Source of the DNA: Acidimicrobiales bacterium
GTDB lineage: Bacteria; Actinomycetota; Acidimicrobiia; Acidimicrobiales; Aldehydirespiratoraceae
Reading direction: 5' to 3'
Length of the DNA: 64,000 bases
Assembly: GCA_049437325.1 (NCBI GenBank)
Contig: JBMTIM010000004.1
Location: forward strand, 13,983 to 77,982
Each line of letters opens with the position of its first letter. Positions within the stretch are counted from its first letter, which is position 1. Position numbers and translations under genes: made by a program. This document shows positions 27,480 through 37,383 of the stretch, one piece after another. The notes beneath the pieces were generated by a model. It saw only the letters and a program-made list of their open reading frames with translations. It did no database searches and was not told the DNA's origin.

Positions 27480-28636
27480 GCGCCGAGCGGCCGAAGCATC
27501 GCCCGGGAAACGATGTGCCGTTGGATCTCGCTCGTGCCGTCCCAGATGCGATCGACGCGAGCGTCACGCCAGATGCGTTCGAGTGGAAGCTCGTCCATGA
27601 GCCCCATGCCGCCGAGGATCTGGATTGCTTCGTCGCTGACGAACTGCAGCATCTCGGTTGCACTGATCTTGGCCATGGCGGCGTCGGAGTCCGACATCTC
27701 GCCGCGGTCGGACAGCCAGGCTGCTCGATAGGTCATGAGTTCGGCTTCGGTGAGTTTGAGCTTCATGTCGGCGAGCTTGAACGACACCCCTTGGAACTTG
27801 CCGATCTGCTGGCCGAACTGTTCCCGCTCTGCAGCCCAGTCGAGCGCAACGTCCAAGGCTCGGTCGGCCCGGCCGAGGCAGATCGCAGCAACCTGGAGCC
27901 GCGTGGCCCCCAGCCACTCGTTGGCGACATCAAATCCTCTGTGTTCGTCGCCGAGCATCTTCGAGGCCGGGACGCGGGCGTCGTCGAAGTTGATGATCAG
28001 GTTGTGGTAGCCGCGGTTGGACACCGAGTTGTAGCCCGCCACCCGCTCCACGCCCGGCGTGTCGAAGTCGACCAGAAATGACGAGATCAGCTTCTTCGGT
28101 CCTCGGGCTGTCTCCTCCTCGCCGGTGGCGGCGAAGAGGATCACATAGTCGGCGAGGTCGGCATGGCTGATGAAGTGTTTCGTACCGTTGATGACGTAGT
28201 CGTCGCCGTCGCGTTCCGCTCTGCATGTCATGCCGCGAACATCGGATCCGGCATCGGGCTCGCTCATGGCGAGGCAATCCACCTTTTCGCCACGGATCGT
28301 GGGCAGGAGGTACTCGTCGATCTGGTCGCCCTCGCAGGCGCGAAGGATGTTCGACGGTCGGGCCACGATGTATTGGAGTGCGTACCCGGTCCACCCGAAC
28401 GCTCGCTCGGCCATCGCCATGGTCAGGTCGTCGAGTCCGCCACCGCCGAGTTCCTCGGGCATGTTGGCGGCATAGATCCCGGCATCGAGTGACCGTTGCT
28501 TGATCTGCTCGACGAGTTCGGTTGGTACCTGCCCGCTTCGTTCGACCTGATCCTCGTAGGGAATGAGTTCCTTCTCGACGAAGGACCTGACAGTGTCGAC
28601 GACCATCTGCTGCTCGTCACTGATGGAGAAGTCCAT
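27476..28636 (-). CDS. Acyl-CoA dehydrogenase
   Basis: MDFSISDEQQMVVDTVRSFVEKE start with AGGAG upstream. Typical ACAD middle and C-terminal domains (YEGTSEIQ-like WDGTSEIQRHIV). Confidence 0.9.
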   Translation of the reverse strand: MDFSISDEQQMVVDTVRSFVEKELIPYEDQVERSGQVPTELVEQIKQRSLDAGIYAANMPEELGGGGLDDLTMAMAERAFGWTGYALQYIVARPSNILRACEGDQIDEYLLPTIRGEKVDCLAMSEPDAGSDVRGMTCRAERDGDDYVINGTKHFISHADLADYVILFAATGEEETARGPKKLISSFLVDFDTPGVERVAGYNSVSNRGYHNLIINFDDARVPASKMLGDEHRGFDVANEWLGATRLQVAAICLGRADRALDVALDWAAEREQFGQQIGKFQGVSFKLADMKLKLTEAELMTYRAAWLSDRGEMSDSDAAMAKISATEMLQFVSDEAIQILGGMGLMDELPLERIWRDARVDRIWDGTSEIQRHIVSRAMLRPLGA

Positions 28637-28659
28637 GGTTGCGGGGCTCCTGGTTCTGG

Positions 28660-30174
28660 TTACGACTCGGGGGTGGGGATGTGCATGACCCGTCCGACCT
28701 GGCCCGGGACCGGGAGATCGGTGTGGGCCTGGGCGATGGCGGCCAGTGCGGCGGCTGGCCCCGGCAGGATCGGGGCAGTGCGTCCCTCGTTGTTGTCGAC
28801 GTGGAGCAGCATCTGCTCGGTGGTGCACAACAGATCACCGGTGTCGGCGTGGTGCATGGCGTGGAAGAAGTGCAGTCGCTTGGCGTCGACACCGAGCACC
28901 TGGGTGGTGACGTGCAGCGGGTCGCCGAGCGCGGCTTCCTGCAGATAGTTGATGTGGGTTTCGACGGTGAAGAACGAATGACCCGATGCCCGGTAGTCCT
29001 CGTCGATTCCGATGTAACGGAACAACTTGTCGCTGGCCCAGCCGAATGCGAGCAGGAACGCCGACTCGGTCATGTGATCGTTGTAGTCGACCCAATCGGG
29101 TTCGACCGGAGCCTCATAGAGGGCCAGTGGGGTCGCCACGGTGTCGCCGGGCCGCCACGGTCGGGTGGTCTGCCCGGCCTCGTGGATGCGGGCCTCTCGC
29201 TCGGCGACGAGGCGACCGGCGCCGAGGCCGAGGGGACGCAGCGAACGCATGACGGCCAGGAGGTAGTCGTCGCGGAGCCGTTCGAGCTCGGCGATCGACC
29301 GGCCGTCGGCTTGCGCGTCGGTGCCGTCGGCCATCGCCTCGATGAGGGTTTCGGTGAGTTCGGGCGCCTCCAACTTGGTCCATGGAAGCTTCAGGGCAGG
29401 ACCGAATTGGCGGAGCATGTGACGCATGCCGTCCTCGCCCCCGGCCAGGTGGAAGGTGAGGTTGGTGCCCATCCCCGCCCATCGCAGCCCAGGTCCGTAC
29501 ACGAGGGCGGTGTCGAGCTCGTCGGTTGTTGCGACGTCATCGTTGACGAGGTGGAGGATCTCGCGCCACACCGCCTCCTGCATGCGATCGGACAGGTACC
29601 CCTCGATCTCGTTGCGCACGACCAGTGGGTGCATGACGAGATCGTCGTAATGAGCCACCGCCGCAGCCACGGCTGCCGGCGAGGTCTGCTCGCCTGCAAC
29701 GATCTCGACGAGGGGAAGGAGATACACGGGGTTGAACGGGTGTCCGATCAGCACCCGTTCGGGATGCGCACAGCCGGACTGGAGGCGTGAGGGGAGGAGC
29801 CCCGAGGAACTCGACGCGATGATGGTGTCGGGCGCCGATGCGGCGGCGAGCCGCTGGAGCAGCGGGATCTTCAGCTCCTCATCTTCCGGCGCGCTCTCTT
29901 GAATCCAGTTGGCCGCTGCTGCGAGCGCCTCGGGCGACTCGGCCCAGCTGAGTCGATCGGGTGTTGCGCCGGGAAACAAGCCGAGTCTCGTTGCGGACGC
30001 CCACGAGCGTTCCACCGCACGCCGAAGGCGTTCCTCGGCTCCCGGGGCAGGGTCCCACGCAATGACGTCGTAACCGCGCGAGAGCACTCGGACCGTCCAT
30101 CCGGAACCGATGACGCCAGTACCCACGATGCCGATGGTCTGTTGTTCGGCCACGGGTCCACCCCTGTGTCCCAC
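28660..30174 (-). CDS. L-carnitine 3-dehydrogenase fused to a C-terminal hotdog thioesterase domain
   Basis: Rossmann GIVGTGVIGSGW, then WIQESAPE, GHPFNPVYLLPLVE, GGEDGMRHMLRQFGPALKLPWTKL and GRSIAELERLRD, the motifs I associate with the LCDH family. The last ~150 aa resemble a 4HBT-type thioesterase. The GTG at 30153 is an alternative start. Confidence 0.8.
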   Translation of the reverse strand: MGHRGGPVAEQQTIGIVGTGVIGSGWTVRVLSRGYDVIAWDPAPGAEERLRRAVERSWASATRLGLFPGATPDRLSWAESPEALAAAANWIQESAPEDEELKIPLLQRLAAASAPDTIIASSSSGLLPSRLQSGCAHPERVLIGHPFNPVYLLPLVEIVAGEQTSPAAVAAAVAHYDDLVMHPLVVRNEIEGYLSDRMQEAVWREILHLVNDDVATTDELDTALVYGPGLRWAGMGTNLTFHLAGGEDGMRHMLRQFGPALKLPWTKLEAPELTETLIEAMADGTDAQADGRSIAELERLRDDYLLAVMRSLRPLGLGAGRLVAEREARIHEAGQTTRPWRPGDTVATPLALYEAPVEPDWVDYNDHMTESAFLLAFGWASDKLFRYIGIDEDYRASGHSFFTVETHINYLQEAALGDPLHVTTQVLGVDAKRLHFFHAMHHADTGDLLCTTEQMLLHVDNNEGRTAPILPGPAAALAAIAQAHTDLPVPGQVGRVMHIPTPES

Positions 30175-30239
30175 CTATCGGGACGTCTCATTCAATGGAT
30201 GACGCGAGGGTACGAGTCGCCGTCAGCAGCGTCAAACAA

Positions 30240-31403
30240 TCAACGTTCGCCGTGAAGGGCGCGGTCGATCAACTCCATCGGATGGACCGTCTCCACGCCT
30301 GCCCCGGCCAAGTGCATCGAACACCCGGGGTTGGCACTCGCCACAAGATCGGGAGAGACCTGATCGATTGCGTCGACCTTTCGAGCACGGACATCGCCGG
30401 CGATCTCGGGATGCAGAACCGAGTAGGCACCGCCTGCGCCACAGCACAAGCCATCGTCGTCGAGTTCGATCAGTCGATGGACGAAGGGCGCCAGCACGGT
30501 GCGGGTTGCTGCGTGGACACCCTGTACGTGCCGGAGGTGGCACGGATCCTGCACAGCCACACAGACATCGAGCGGGCTGACCGCAGGAAGACGATGCAGA
30601 TGGTCGGCGAGCCATTCCTGGATGTCGACGACTCGGAGGGCGAACGACTCGGCCTCCGCAGTGCCCAGCAGATGTCCGTACTCCTTCATCGCAGCACCGC
30701 AGCCGGCAGAGTCGACCACGATCGGGCGTTGGTCGCCGTCGACGGACAGCGCGGCGATCGTCGCCTCAGCCCGGCTGCGGGCATCAGGGCCGAGCCCGGC
30801 ATGGGTGTGCAGGGCACCGCAGCAGGGTGCGATGTCGCCCGTCGGGGTGACGCCGAACCCGGCGGCCTCCATCACTCGCTGACCGGCATGATGGACGTCG
30901 CGCTGCCAGGCATCCATGACGCAGCCGGTGAACAGATAGACATCGTCGCCACTGGCGACATGTCTCGTTCGCCGCAGCGGCAGATCACGGGGGAGTCCGA
31001 GGCGCCTGGGAGCGAGTCGCAGACGGACTGCGACAGCGAGCAGGGTGCTACCGAGACGAAGCAGGCGGGGGTGGGCCAGCACACTGAAGGCGAGCCGCTG
31101 TGGGCGAGCAGAGAGCTCCCCAGCCCCGGTGAGTGTTTCACGGGTCGACTCGATGAGACGGCCGTAGGGCACGCCACTCGGGCACGCAGGTTCGCAACCG
31201 CGACATTGCACACACGTGTCGAATGCGTCGCGTATCTCGCTCGTGATTGGAGCCCCGTGGTCCTGGACCTCACGCATCAGCCGGATCCGCCCCCGTGGGG
31301 ACAGCGCTTCGTCGCCAGTCACCCGGTAGGTCGGGCAGTGGGGGAGGCAGAGCCCACACTGCACACACGAATTCAGGTCCTCGGCATCGATCCTCAGGTC
31401 CAT
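30240..31403 (-). CDS. glcF: Glycolate oxidase iron-sulfur subunit
   Basis: Two 4Fe-4S motifs (CVQCGLCLPHCP, CVQCRGCEPACP) and two CCG domains. ATG at 31403 overlaps the glcE 3' end. Confidence 0.88.
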   Translation of the reverse strand: MDLRIDAEDLNSCVQCGLCLPHCPTYRVTGDEALSPRGRIRLMREVQDHGAPITSEIRDAFDTCVQCRGCEPACPSGVPYGRLIESTRETLTGAGELSARPQRLAFSVLAHPRLLRLGSTLLAVAVRLRLAPRRLGLPRDLPLRRTRHVASGDDVYLFTGCVMDAWQRDVHHAGQRVMEAAGFGVTPTGDIAPCCGALHTHAGLGPDARSRAEATIAALSVDGDQRPIVVDSAGCGAAMKEYGHLLGTAEAESFALRVVDIQEWLADHLHRLPAVSPLDVCVAVQDPCHLRHVQGVHAATRTVLAPFVHRLIELDDDGLCCGAGGAYSVLHPEIAGDVRARKVDAIDQVSPDLVASANPGCSMHLAGAGVETVHPMELIDRALHGER

Positions 31404-32317
31404 GTCGAGCGCCCTGGGTTGAGTCGCCCCGTTGGATCGAAGAGTTGCTTCATCCGATCGGCAATCTGGGCCGCCACGGGGTCCGGTTCGCGGACCGGCT
31501 GGGCGGTCGTCGCCCAGACCGTGCCGACCCCGATGCTCGCCACGAACTCGCCGTCGACGAACCGGTCGGCTTGAGAAGCATCGGAGGGGCTCAGCCGCCA
31601 ACGGTGCGGTGGCAGTTCGGGAGGCCCGGCGGTCGTGGTGATGTCGGCCCGGGCCGCAAGGCGCTCGATCTCGGCATCGACATCGGCCGCATGGCCCTCG
31701 ACCAGAATCCAGCTGCTGGTGCCGTCCCACAGCACTGCGCCGGGTCGAAGGACGATGTCGCGAAGATCACGCGGGTCGACGCTCTCGGCTCGAAGCCAAC
31801 GCTGGACGGGCGGTGCGGGGTTGGTTCGCAAGACGACCTCGGCGAGAAGGCCGAGGGTCCCGAGTGACCCGGTCATCAGCTTCGGGATGTTGAAGCCGGT
31901 GACGTTCTTGACGACGGGTCCTCCGCCGGTCACCACCTCTCCGTCAGCCGACACGTACCGGACCTGGAGCACAGCGTCGCGGACCGATCCTCGTCCCATG
32001 CGATCCAGTCGATTTTCGCCCACGACGACCGCCCCACCAACGGTCCCTCCCCGCTCGGGAAGCGCACACGTCTGGCCGTGTTCGGCGAGCGCCATATGGA
32101 GATCGGCGGTGCTGGTGCCGGCCCGGACCGTGACGATCATCTCGGCCGGCTGATAGTCCACAATCCCCTTCGGCGCCTCCACGATGCGTGCAGAACCGGT
32201 GAGGGCACCACCGAGGTGCCAGCGGGTGCCACCGCCCCGCACGGCGATCGGTTCCGTTGCACCGACGGCGGCAGCGAAGTCGGTGATCGTTGCGTCGGTC
32301 GATGCGAGAGTACTCAT
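31394..32317 (-). CDS. glcE: Glycolate oxidase FAD-binding subunit
   Basis: FAD-binding PCMH domain (PIAVRGGGTRWHLGG). The ATG overlaps the glcD stop (ATGA). Confidence 0.85.
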   Translation of the reverse strand: MSTLASTDATITDFAAAVGATEPIAVRGGGTRWHLGGALTGSARIVEAPKGIVDYQPAEMIVTVRAGTSTADLHMALAEHGQTCALPERGGTVGGAVVVGENRLDRMGRGSVRDAVLQVRYVSADGEVVTGGGPVVKNVTGFNIPKLMTGSLGTLGLLAEVVLRTNPAPPVQRWLRAESVDPRDLRDIVLRPGAVLWDGTSSWILVEGHAADVDAEIERLAARADITTTAGPPELPPHRWRLSPSDASQADRFVDGEFVASIGVGTVWATTAQPVREPDPVAAQIADRMKQLFDPTGRLNPGRSTWT

Positions 32318-33774
32318 CCCCACACCCCGGTCGGAACGGCCCGCAGCGCTTGGATGTCGGCACAGCTGTGACCCATGGGCAGCACCTTGCCCGGATTGGC
32401 CCGACAGGCAGGGTCGAATGCCTGCCGGAGACGGTTCTGGTGATCGAGATCGGCAGCGGTGAACAGTTCCTCCATGTACTGCTGTTTCTCGACGCCGATG
32501 CCGTGCTCACCCGACAGCACGCCCCCGGCCTCCAGTGATGCTCGAAGGATCTCCGCCCCGGCGGCATGGACGCGTTCGAGCGTGCCTTCCTCGCGTGCGT
32601 CGAAGACGAGGAGAGGGTGCAGATTCCCGTCACCGGCGTGAAAAACGTTCAGGACGAGCACGTCGTGGCGGTCGACGATCTCGTAGACCTGCTCCAAGAC
32701 ATCGGCGAGCTTTGCTCGGGGAACGACCGTGTCGTGGAGGTAGTAGTCCGGAGCGATCTGCGCGACCGCACCGAAGGCGGTTTTGCGCCCCTTCCACAGT
32801 GCCGCACGTTCTGCGTCGGATCCGGCGAGTCGGACATCGGTCGCGCGGTTCGCTCGGCCGATCCGCTCGACGTGTCCGACGTCGATGTCGACGCCGGACT
32901 CGAGTCCCTCGACCTCTGCGAGCAGGACGGCGGCGGCATCGGTCGGGTACCCGGCACCGACGTAGGCCTCGATGGCAGTGACCATGCGTTGATCCATCAC
33001 CTCGAGTGCCGCAGGAACGATGCCGGCGGCGATGACATCGCTCACGGTTTGTGCTGCGTCCCGTACTGACGAGAACGACAACAGCATCGTGCGAACCGCC
33101 GGCGGGTTGGGGGTGAGGCGGACTGCGATCTTCGTGGCGATCCCGAGGGTGCCCTCACTTCCCACGAAGGCTCCCCGAAGATCGAGGCCGTCGGGTTCGT
33201 CCTCGAGACCACCGAGTCTCGCAACCTGGCCGTCGGGCAAGACGACCTCGAGGGCGAGCACATGGGCGTCGGTGACGCCGTACGCAAGACAGTGCGGGCC
33301 CCCCGAGTTGTTTGCAACGTTGCCGCCCAGGGTGCAGACCTGCTGACTGGAAGGATCGGGTGCGAAGTGGAATCCCTTGGGGCGGAGCTGCTTGCTCAGA
33401 TCGAGATTGATGACTCCGGGTTCGACCCACGCAATGCGGTTCTCGAGGTCGATCTGGATCACGTTGTTCATCTTCCCGGTGCACACCACGACCGGTGCCC
33501 CGAGCGGGATGGCCCCTCCTGCAAGTCCCGTGCCGGCGCCGCGGGGAACGACCGCACGGTCGTGACGTTCGGCGATCCGCATGATCGCCTGCACCTCCTC
33601 GGTCGTGGTGGGAAAGCACACCGGGCCGGACACGCCGCCGTCGAACACCGATGCGTCGTGCGAGGTGAGCGAACGCTGGGCCCCGTCGTTGCGGACGCGG
33701 TCGGGTGCAAGGGCATCGACGAGTTCGGCGAGGAGCGGGTCGGCCGGTCGTGACGGGCGCCGGAACCAGCTCAC
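32314..33774 (-). CDS. glcD: Glycolate oxidase subunit GlcD (FAD-linked oxidase)
   Basis: 486 aa. FAD_binding_4 (VVPRGAGTGLAGGA) plus FAD-oxidase C-terminal domain (SGEHGIGVEK). GTG start overlaps the upstream stop (GTGA). Confidence 0.9.
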   Translation of the reverse strand: MSWFRRPSRPADPLLAELVDALAPDRVRNDGAQRSLTSHDASVFDGGVSGPVCFPTTTEEVQAIMRIAERHDRAVVPRGAGTGLAGGAIPLGAPVVVCTGKMNNVIQIDLENRIAWVEPGVINLDLSKQLRPKGFHFAPDPSSQQVCTLGGNVANNSGGPHCLAYGVTDAHVLALEVVLPDGQVARLGGLEDEPDGLDLRGAFVGSEGTLGIATKIAVRLTPNPPAVRTMLLSFSSVRDAAQTVSDVIAAGIVPAALEVMDQRMVTAIEAYVGAGYPTDAAAVLLAEVEGLESGVDIDVGHVERIGRANRATDVRLAGSDAERAALWKGRKTAFGAVAQIAPDYYLHDTVVPRAKLADVLEQVYEIVDRHDVLVLNVFHAGDGNLHPLLVFDAREEGTLERVHAAGAEILRASLEAGGVLSGEHGIGVEKQQYMEELFTAADLDHQNRLRQAFDPACRANPGKVLPMGHSCADIQALRAVPTGVWG

Positions 33775-34991
33775 GACACCGACGCCACGATGTGGGGGCC
33801 GACATCGTCGAAGGATGTGAGGCCGTTGAGCGCCATGGCGCGAACGAGTTCGGTTCGCAGGAACCCCAGCGCAGTGTCGACACCGCGCTCGCCAGCCGCT
33901 CCGAGACCGAAAAGGTAGGCGCGTCCACCCATGGTGGCGGTGGCGCCGAGCGCAACCGCCTTCAAAATGTCGCTGCCCCGGCGGATACCACCGTCACAGA
34001 TGATCTCGCAGCGGCCTTGGACCTCCTGCGCGACGGGGGCGACGAGGGAGACCGGTGCCGGTGATCCCTCCAGCTGACGCCCGCCATGGTTCGAGAGACA
34101 GATCGCATCGACGCCCAGATCGGCAGCGATTCGGGCATCGGCCACGCTCTGGATGCCCTTCACGATGATGGGACCGTCCCAGAAGTCCCGGAACCACTCG
34201 ATGTCGTCCCAACACAGCGAGGGATCGAGTTGCTCGTTTGCGTATGCGGCAAGGTTGATGGCGTCGGTGCCGTCGCGCCTGCCACTCGACTCGGCGGTGG
34301 CGACGTTGGCGAATCGGATCGGCCCACCTCGGAGGAAGTCGAGCGTCCAGCCCGGGTTGCGGATCCCATCTACGATCGTGTCCAGTCCCAGTTGCGGAGG
34401 AAGCTCGAAGCCTCGCCGTACGTCGCGCTCGCGCCGACCGAACGTGGCGAGGTCGACGGTCGGCATGATCGCCTCGTAGCCCGCCTCTGCCGCTCGCCCG
34501 ACCATCTCTTTGACCAGGCCTCGGTCGCGCCACACGTACACCTGGAACCATTTACGACCGGCAGTGGTTGCTGCGACCTCCTCGATGGAGCGGGTACCAA
34601 GCGTCGAGAGCGAGTACGGCAGCTCGGCCCGTGCGGCGGCTCGCGCCACGGCCAACTCGCCTTCGCTGTGCGCGATGCGGGTGAACCCGGTGGGAGCGAG
34701 AACGAACGGAAAGGCGAGCGGCGCGCCAAGGAGTGTGCTCGACGGATCGACGTTGCTGACGTCTCGCAGAACTCGCGGTACGAACTCATACTCGGCGAAG
34801 GCACTCATCGACCGAGCCAATGTCCGCTCGTCCTCGGCCGCTCCGTCGATGTAGTCGAAGACTCCTCCGGGAAGACGCCGCTTGGCCATCAGACGGAGGT
34901 CGGCGATGTTGGCGGCACGTTCGAGACGTCGAGTGGTCTTGCCCAGACGGAACCGACGGAACCGGATCGCCGATCGGAGAGTACGCAGCAT
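33771..34991 (-). CDS. FMN-dependent alpha-hydroxy-acid dehydrogenase/oxidase (LldD / glycolate oxidase family)
   Basis: AKRRLPGGVFDYIDGAAEDE start region and the SNHGGRQL active-site motif of the FMN 2-hydroxyacid dehydrogenase family. Confidence 0.88.
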   Translation of the reverse strand: MLRTLRSAIRFRRFRLGKTTRRLERAANIADLRLMAKRRLPGGVFDYIDGAAEDERTLARSMSAFAEYEFVPRVLRDVSNVDPSSTLLGAPLAFPFVLAPTGFTRIAHSEGELAVARAAARAELPYSLSTLGTRSIEEVAATTAGRKWFQVYVWRDRGLVKEMVGRAAEAGYEAIMPTVDLATFGRRERDVRRGFELPPQLGLDTIVDGIRNPGWTLDFLRGGPIRFANVATAESSGRRDGTDAINLAAYANEQLDPSLCWDDIEWFRDFWDGPIIVKGIQSVADARIAADLGVDAICLSNHGGRQLEGSPAPVSLVAPVAQEVQGRCEIICDGGIRRGSDILKAVALGATATMGGRAYLFGLGAAGERGVDTALGFLRTELVRAMALNGLTSFDDVGPHIVASVS

Positions 34992-35066
34992 CGCCCCGGA
35001 TCTTTCTCCGATCAGCGTCCGGTTGCAAACATCGGGTCGAGCACGACGCGGGCTCTCGAGTCGCCG

Positions 35067-35525
35067 TCAGTCCGTCGGTGATTGGATCGCCTTTGCGTGG
35101 TCGAGATACGCCATGACCATCTCGCCCATTCGAGTCGGGTTGTAGACGTCTTCTTCGTAGCTCCAGCGGCCGTTTCCGGCGTAGTGGAGGACGGTGAGGT
35201 TGTGGTCCTGCCAGACCGATCCGTCGCCAGGATCGGCCATTCGGTTCTGCACCTGGAAGACGACCCAGCCTCGGGTTTCGTCGATCAGGTACCAGTCGAC
35301 CGGAAACTCGACCATCAGCGAGTTGGGCCATGCGTCCATCGTCGATTGGATCCATGCGTAGATCGCGTCTCGACCACGCAGCTCGCCGAAATGATGTTCG
35401 ACATAGCGGGCATCGTCGGTGAACTGATCAGCCCACGCGCGCCAGTCCCCGGTTGCTGCGGCGTCAGCAGCACACTGGCGGTACGCAGCGAACGCAGCAT
35501 CGATCTCTTCGCGGGTCCACCTCAT
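35067..35525 (-). CDS. SnoaL-like / NTF2-fold protein
   Basis: 152 aa starting MRWTREEIDAAF. The ATG overlaps the gpgS stop (ATGA). The rest of the 342-aa ORF is an Arg/Pro-rich artefact. Confidence 0.65.
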   Translation of the reverse strand: MRWTREEIDAAFAAYRQCAADAAATGDWRAWADQFTDDARYVEHHFGELRGRDAIYAWIQSTMDAWPNSLMVEFPVDWYLIDETRGWVVFQVQNRMADPGDGSVWQDHNLTVLHYAGNGRWSYEEDVYNPTRMGEMVMAYLDHAKAIQSPTD

Positions 35526-36457
35526 CGGGGAGGAGCTTGGCAGGTACTCGTCGCGGCGCAGTAGCCGGGGGTGTCTCGAAGTGGGGGGCGCTCCGCAACC
35601 TGCGCATCGAGCACCCCTCCTTCGGGCCGGGCGAGCACGGTCGACAGCGCGGCTACGTCGACGCCGTCGACCCGACCCAGCGCGGCGTGAAGTACTTCCA
35701 TCGCCTGCACCGACAGGGACCGCAGCGGCCGGTGACGGTGGGACCGGGTGCCGAGGTCGACCTGGGCAATGCGATCCACACCGGCGAGGCGAGCGATATC
35801 GATCAGGAGTCCGGTTTCGACTCCGTATCCCTGCGCGAACGGCACCTGTTCGAGGATGGTTCGGCGGCTCGCGTACTCGCCACCGAGCGGCTGGTGAATC
35901 GACGAGAGTTCTGGAAACAGCGTGGCGAGTACCGGCCGGGCCATCAGTTCGGTCGTTCGCCCACCTCCGACTCCTCCGTGTTCGGGCCGCTCGTAGAACC
36001 CCTTGACGAGCACGACCTCCGGGTCCGTGAGGAGCGGGCCGAGCAGACCGAGGACATACGACGGTGTGAATGACCGCAGGTCGGCATCGATCCACACGAC
36101 GATGTCACCGGAGCTGGCGGCAACACTCTTCCAGAGCACGTTGCCCTTCCCGCGACCCGGGCCGGCATCGGTGAGAACGTCGGCCACGCGATGGACCGTC
36201 GCACCCGCCGCAGTCGCAATCGAACTGGTTGCGTCGGTGCTGTCGTCGTCCATGACGATCACTTCGTCGACGAGCTGCGAGTCGTGGCGGCCATGCGAAC
36301 CGAAGTGGGTCACGATCGAGTCGACGATCGTTCCGATGGTCGCTTCCTCGTTCTGTGCGGGGAGACAGACCGAAACTGTCATCTCTCTCTTCTTGGCGAG
36401 CAGTGCCGCCAGCGAGTAGTCGGCCGCACTGTGCATTCGCCCCCGTTGTGCTGGCAC
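35522..36457 (-). CDS. gpgS: Glucosyl-3-phosphoglycerate synthase (GT81)
   Basis: Close by-eye match to mycobacterial GpgS: VCLPAQNEEATIG, GKGNVLWKS, IVVWIDADL, GGGRTTELMARP, QPLGGEYA, GYGVETGLLID. Confidence 0.88.
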   Translation of the reverse strand: MPAQRGRMHSAADYSLAALLAKKREMTVSVCLPAQNEEATIGTIVDSIVTHFGSHGRHDSQLVDEVIVMDDDSTDATSSIATAAGATVHRVADVLTDAGPGRGKGNVLWKSVAASSGDIVVWIDADLRSFTPSYVLGLLGPLLTDPEVVLVKGFYERPEHGGVGGGRTTELMARPVLATLFPELSSIHQPLGGEYASRRTILEQVPFAQGYGVETGLLIDIARLAGVDRIAQVDLGTRSHRHRPLRSLSVQAMEVLHAALGRVDGVDVAALSTVLARPEGGVLDAQVAERPPLRDTPGYCAATSTCQAPPR

Positions 36458-36495
36458 CCCCTCAAGCTAGGCAGCAAAAGTGCCGATAGGAAAGG

Positions 36496-37383
36496 ATGCG
36501 GAGGAGGTCACATCTCAACCCGCTGGCTGCCGCTGGTGGGGTTTTTGTCGGCTCTGCTCTGCTTGCTGTGGGTGCGATGGCTGCGACGCTTGTCATGGGC
36601 GTCACGAATGTCGATGCCCGAGAGAGGCCATGGCTGACCCTCGACGAGCTCGCAGCCCAGCAGCCGATCGTGGATCCGCCACCTGCTCTGCCTAAGGCGT
36701 TCACGACTCCAGCCGAACCGCCTGTCATGACGGCTGTGCCGACGACGACGCTCCCAACCACCCCGCCCGAAAGCGTTGTGGCGACGGTCCGGCCCGAGAT
36801 CGACGCAATCTGGCCAACGACCGAACCGGGGGGAGGCGAATACGTCGAGCTCGAGTACCCGGTCACGAACCCGACCTACTTTGGCAACCCGCTGACATTG
36901 ATGGTCACCGACCGCACGCCCGACGGGGAATGGATCAAGGTGCAGATTCCGATTCGGCCCAACGGCACCGAGGGCTGGATCCCCGCAACAGACGTCGACC
37001 TGTCTTCTCATTTCGTGCGAATCGAGGTGGTGCTGTCCGAGCGATCGGTTCGTGTCTGGGACGGAGAGACCCTGATCGCCGAGACGTCAGCCGTCATTGG
37101 CGCAGACGTGACGCCGACTCCGCTCGGCACGTTCTTCGTCAACGATCTCGTCGAACGCTTCGAGGGCAGCTCGTACGGGCCGTACATCCTCAGCCTCTCG
37201 GCGTTCTCCGAAGCGTTGGAGACCTACGGGGGTGGTGTACCCGTGATTGCGATCCATGGAACCAATCGGCCCGAGTTGATCGGTGGTGCCCATTCCGCTG
37301 GGTGCATCCGGATCGAGAACGACATGATCCGTTTCCTGGCCGAGGTGGTGCCGATGGGGACGCCGGTCACGATTTCAGCGTGA
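36496..37383 (+). CDS. L,D-transpeptidase (YkuD domain) with N-terminal membrane anchor
   Basis: Signal/anchor VFVGSALLAVGAMAATLV, Pro/Thr linker, catalytic motif HGTNRPELIGGAHSAGCIRI. Confidence 0.88.
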   Translation: MRRRSHLNPLAAAGGVFVGSALLAVGAMAATLVMGVTNVDARERPWLTLDELAAQQPIVDPPPALPKAFTTPAEPPVMTAVPTTTLPTTPPESVVATVRPEIDAIWPTTEPGGGEYVELEYPVTNPTYFGNPLTLMVTDRTPDGEWIKVQIPIRPNGTEGWIPATDVDLSSHFVRIEVVLSERSVRVWDGETLIAETSAVIGADVTPTPLGTFFVNDLVERFEGSSYGPYILSLSAFSEALETYGGGVPVIAIHGTNRPELIGGAHSAGCIRIENDMIRFLAEVVPMGTPVTISA

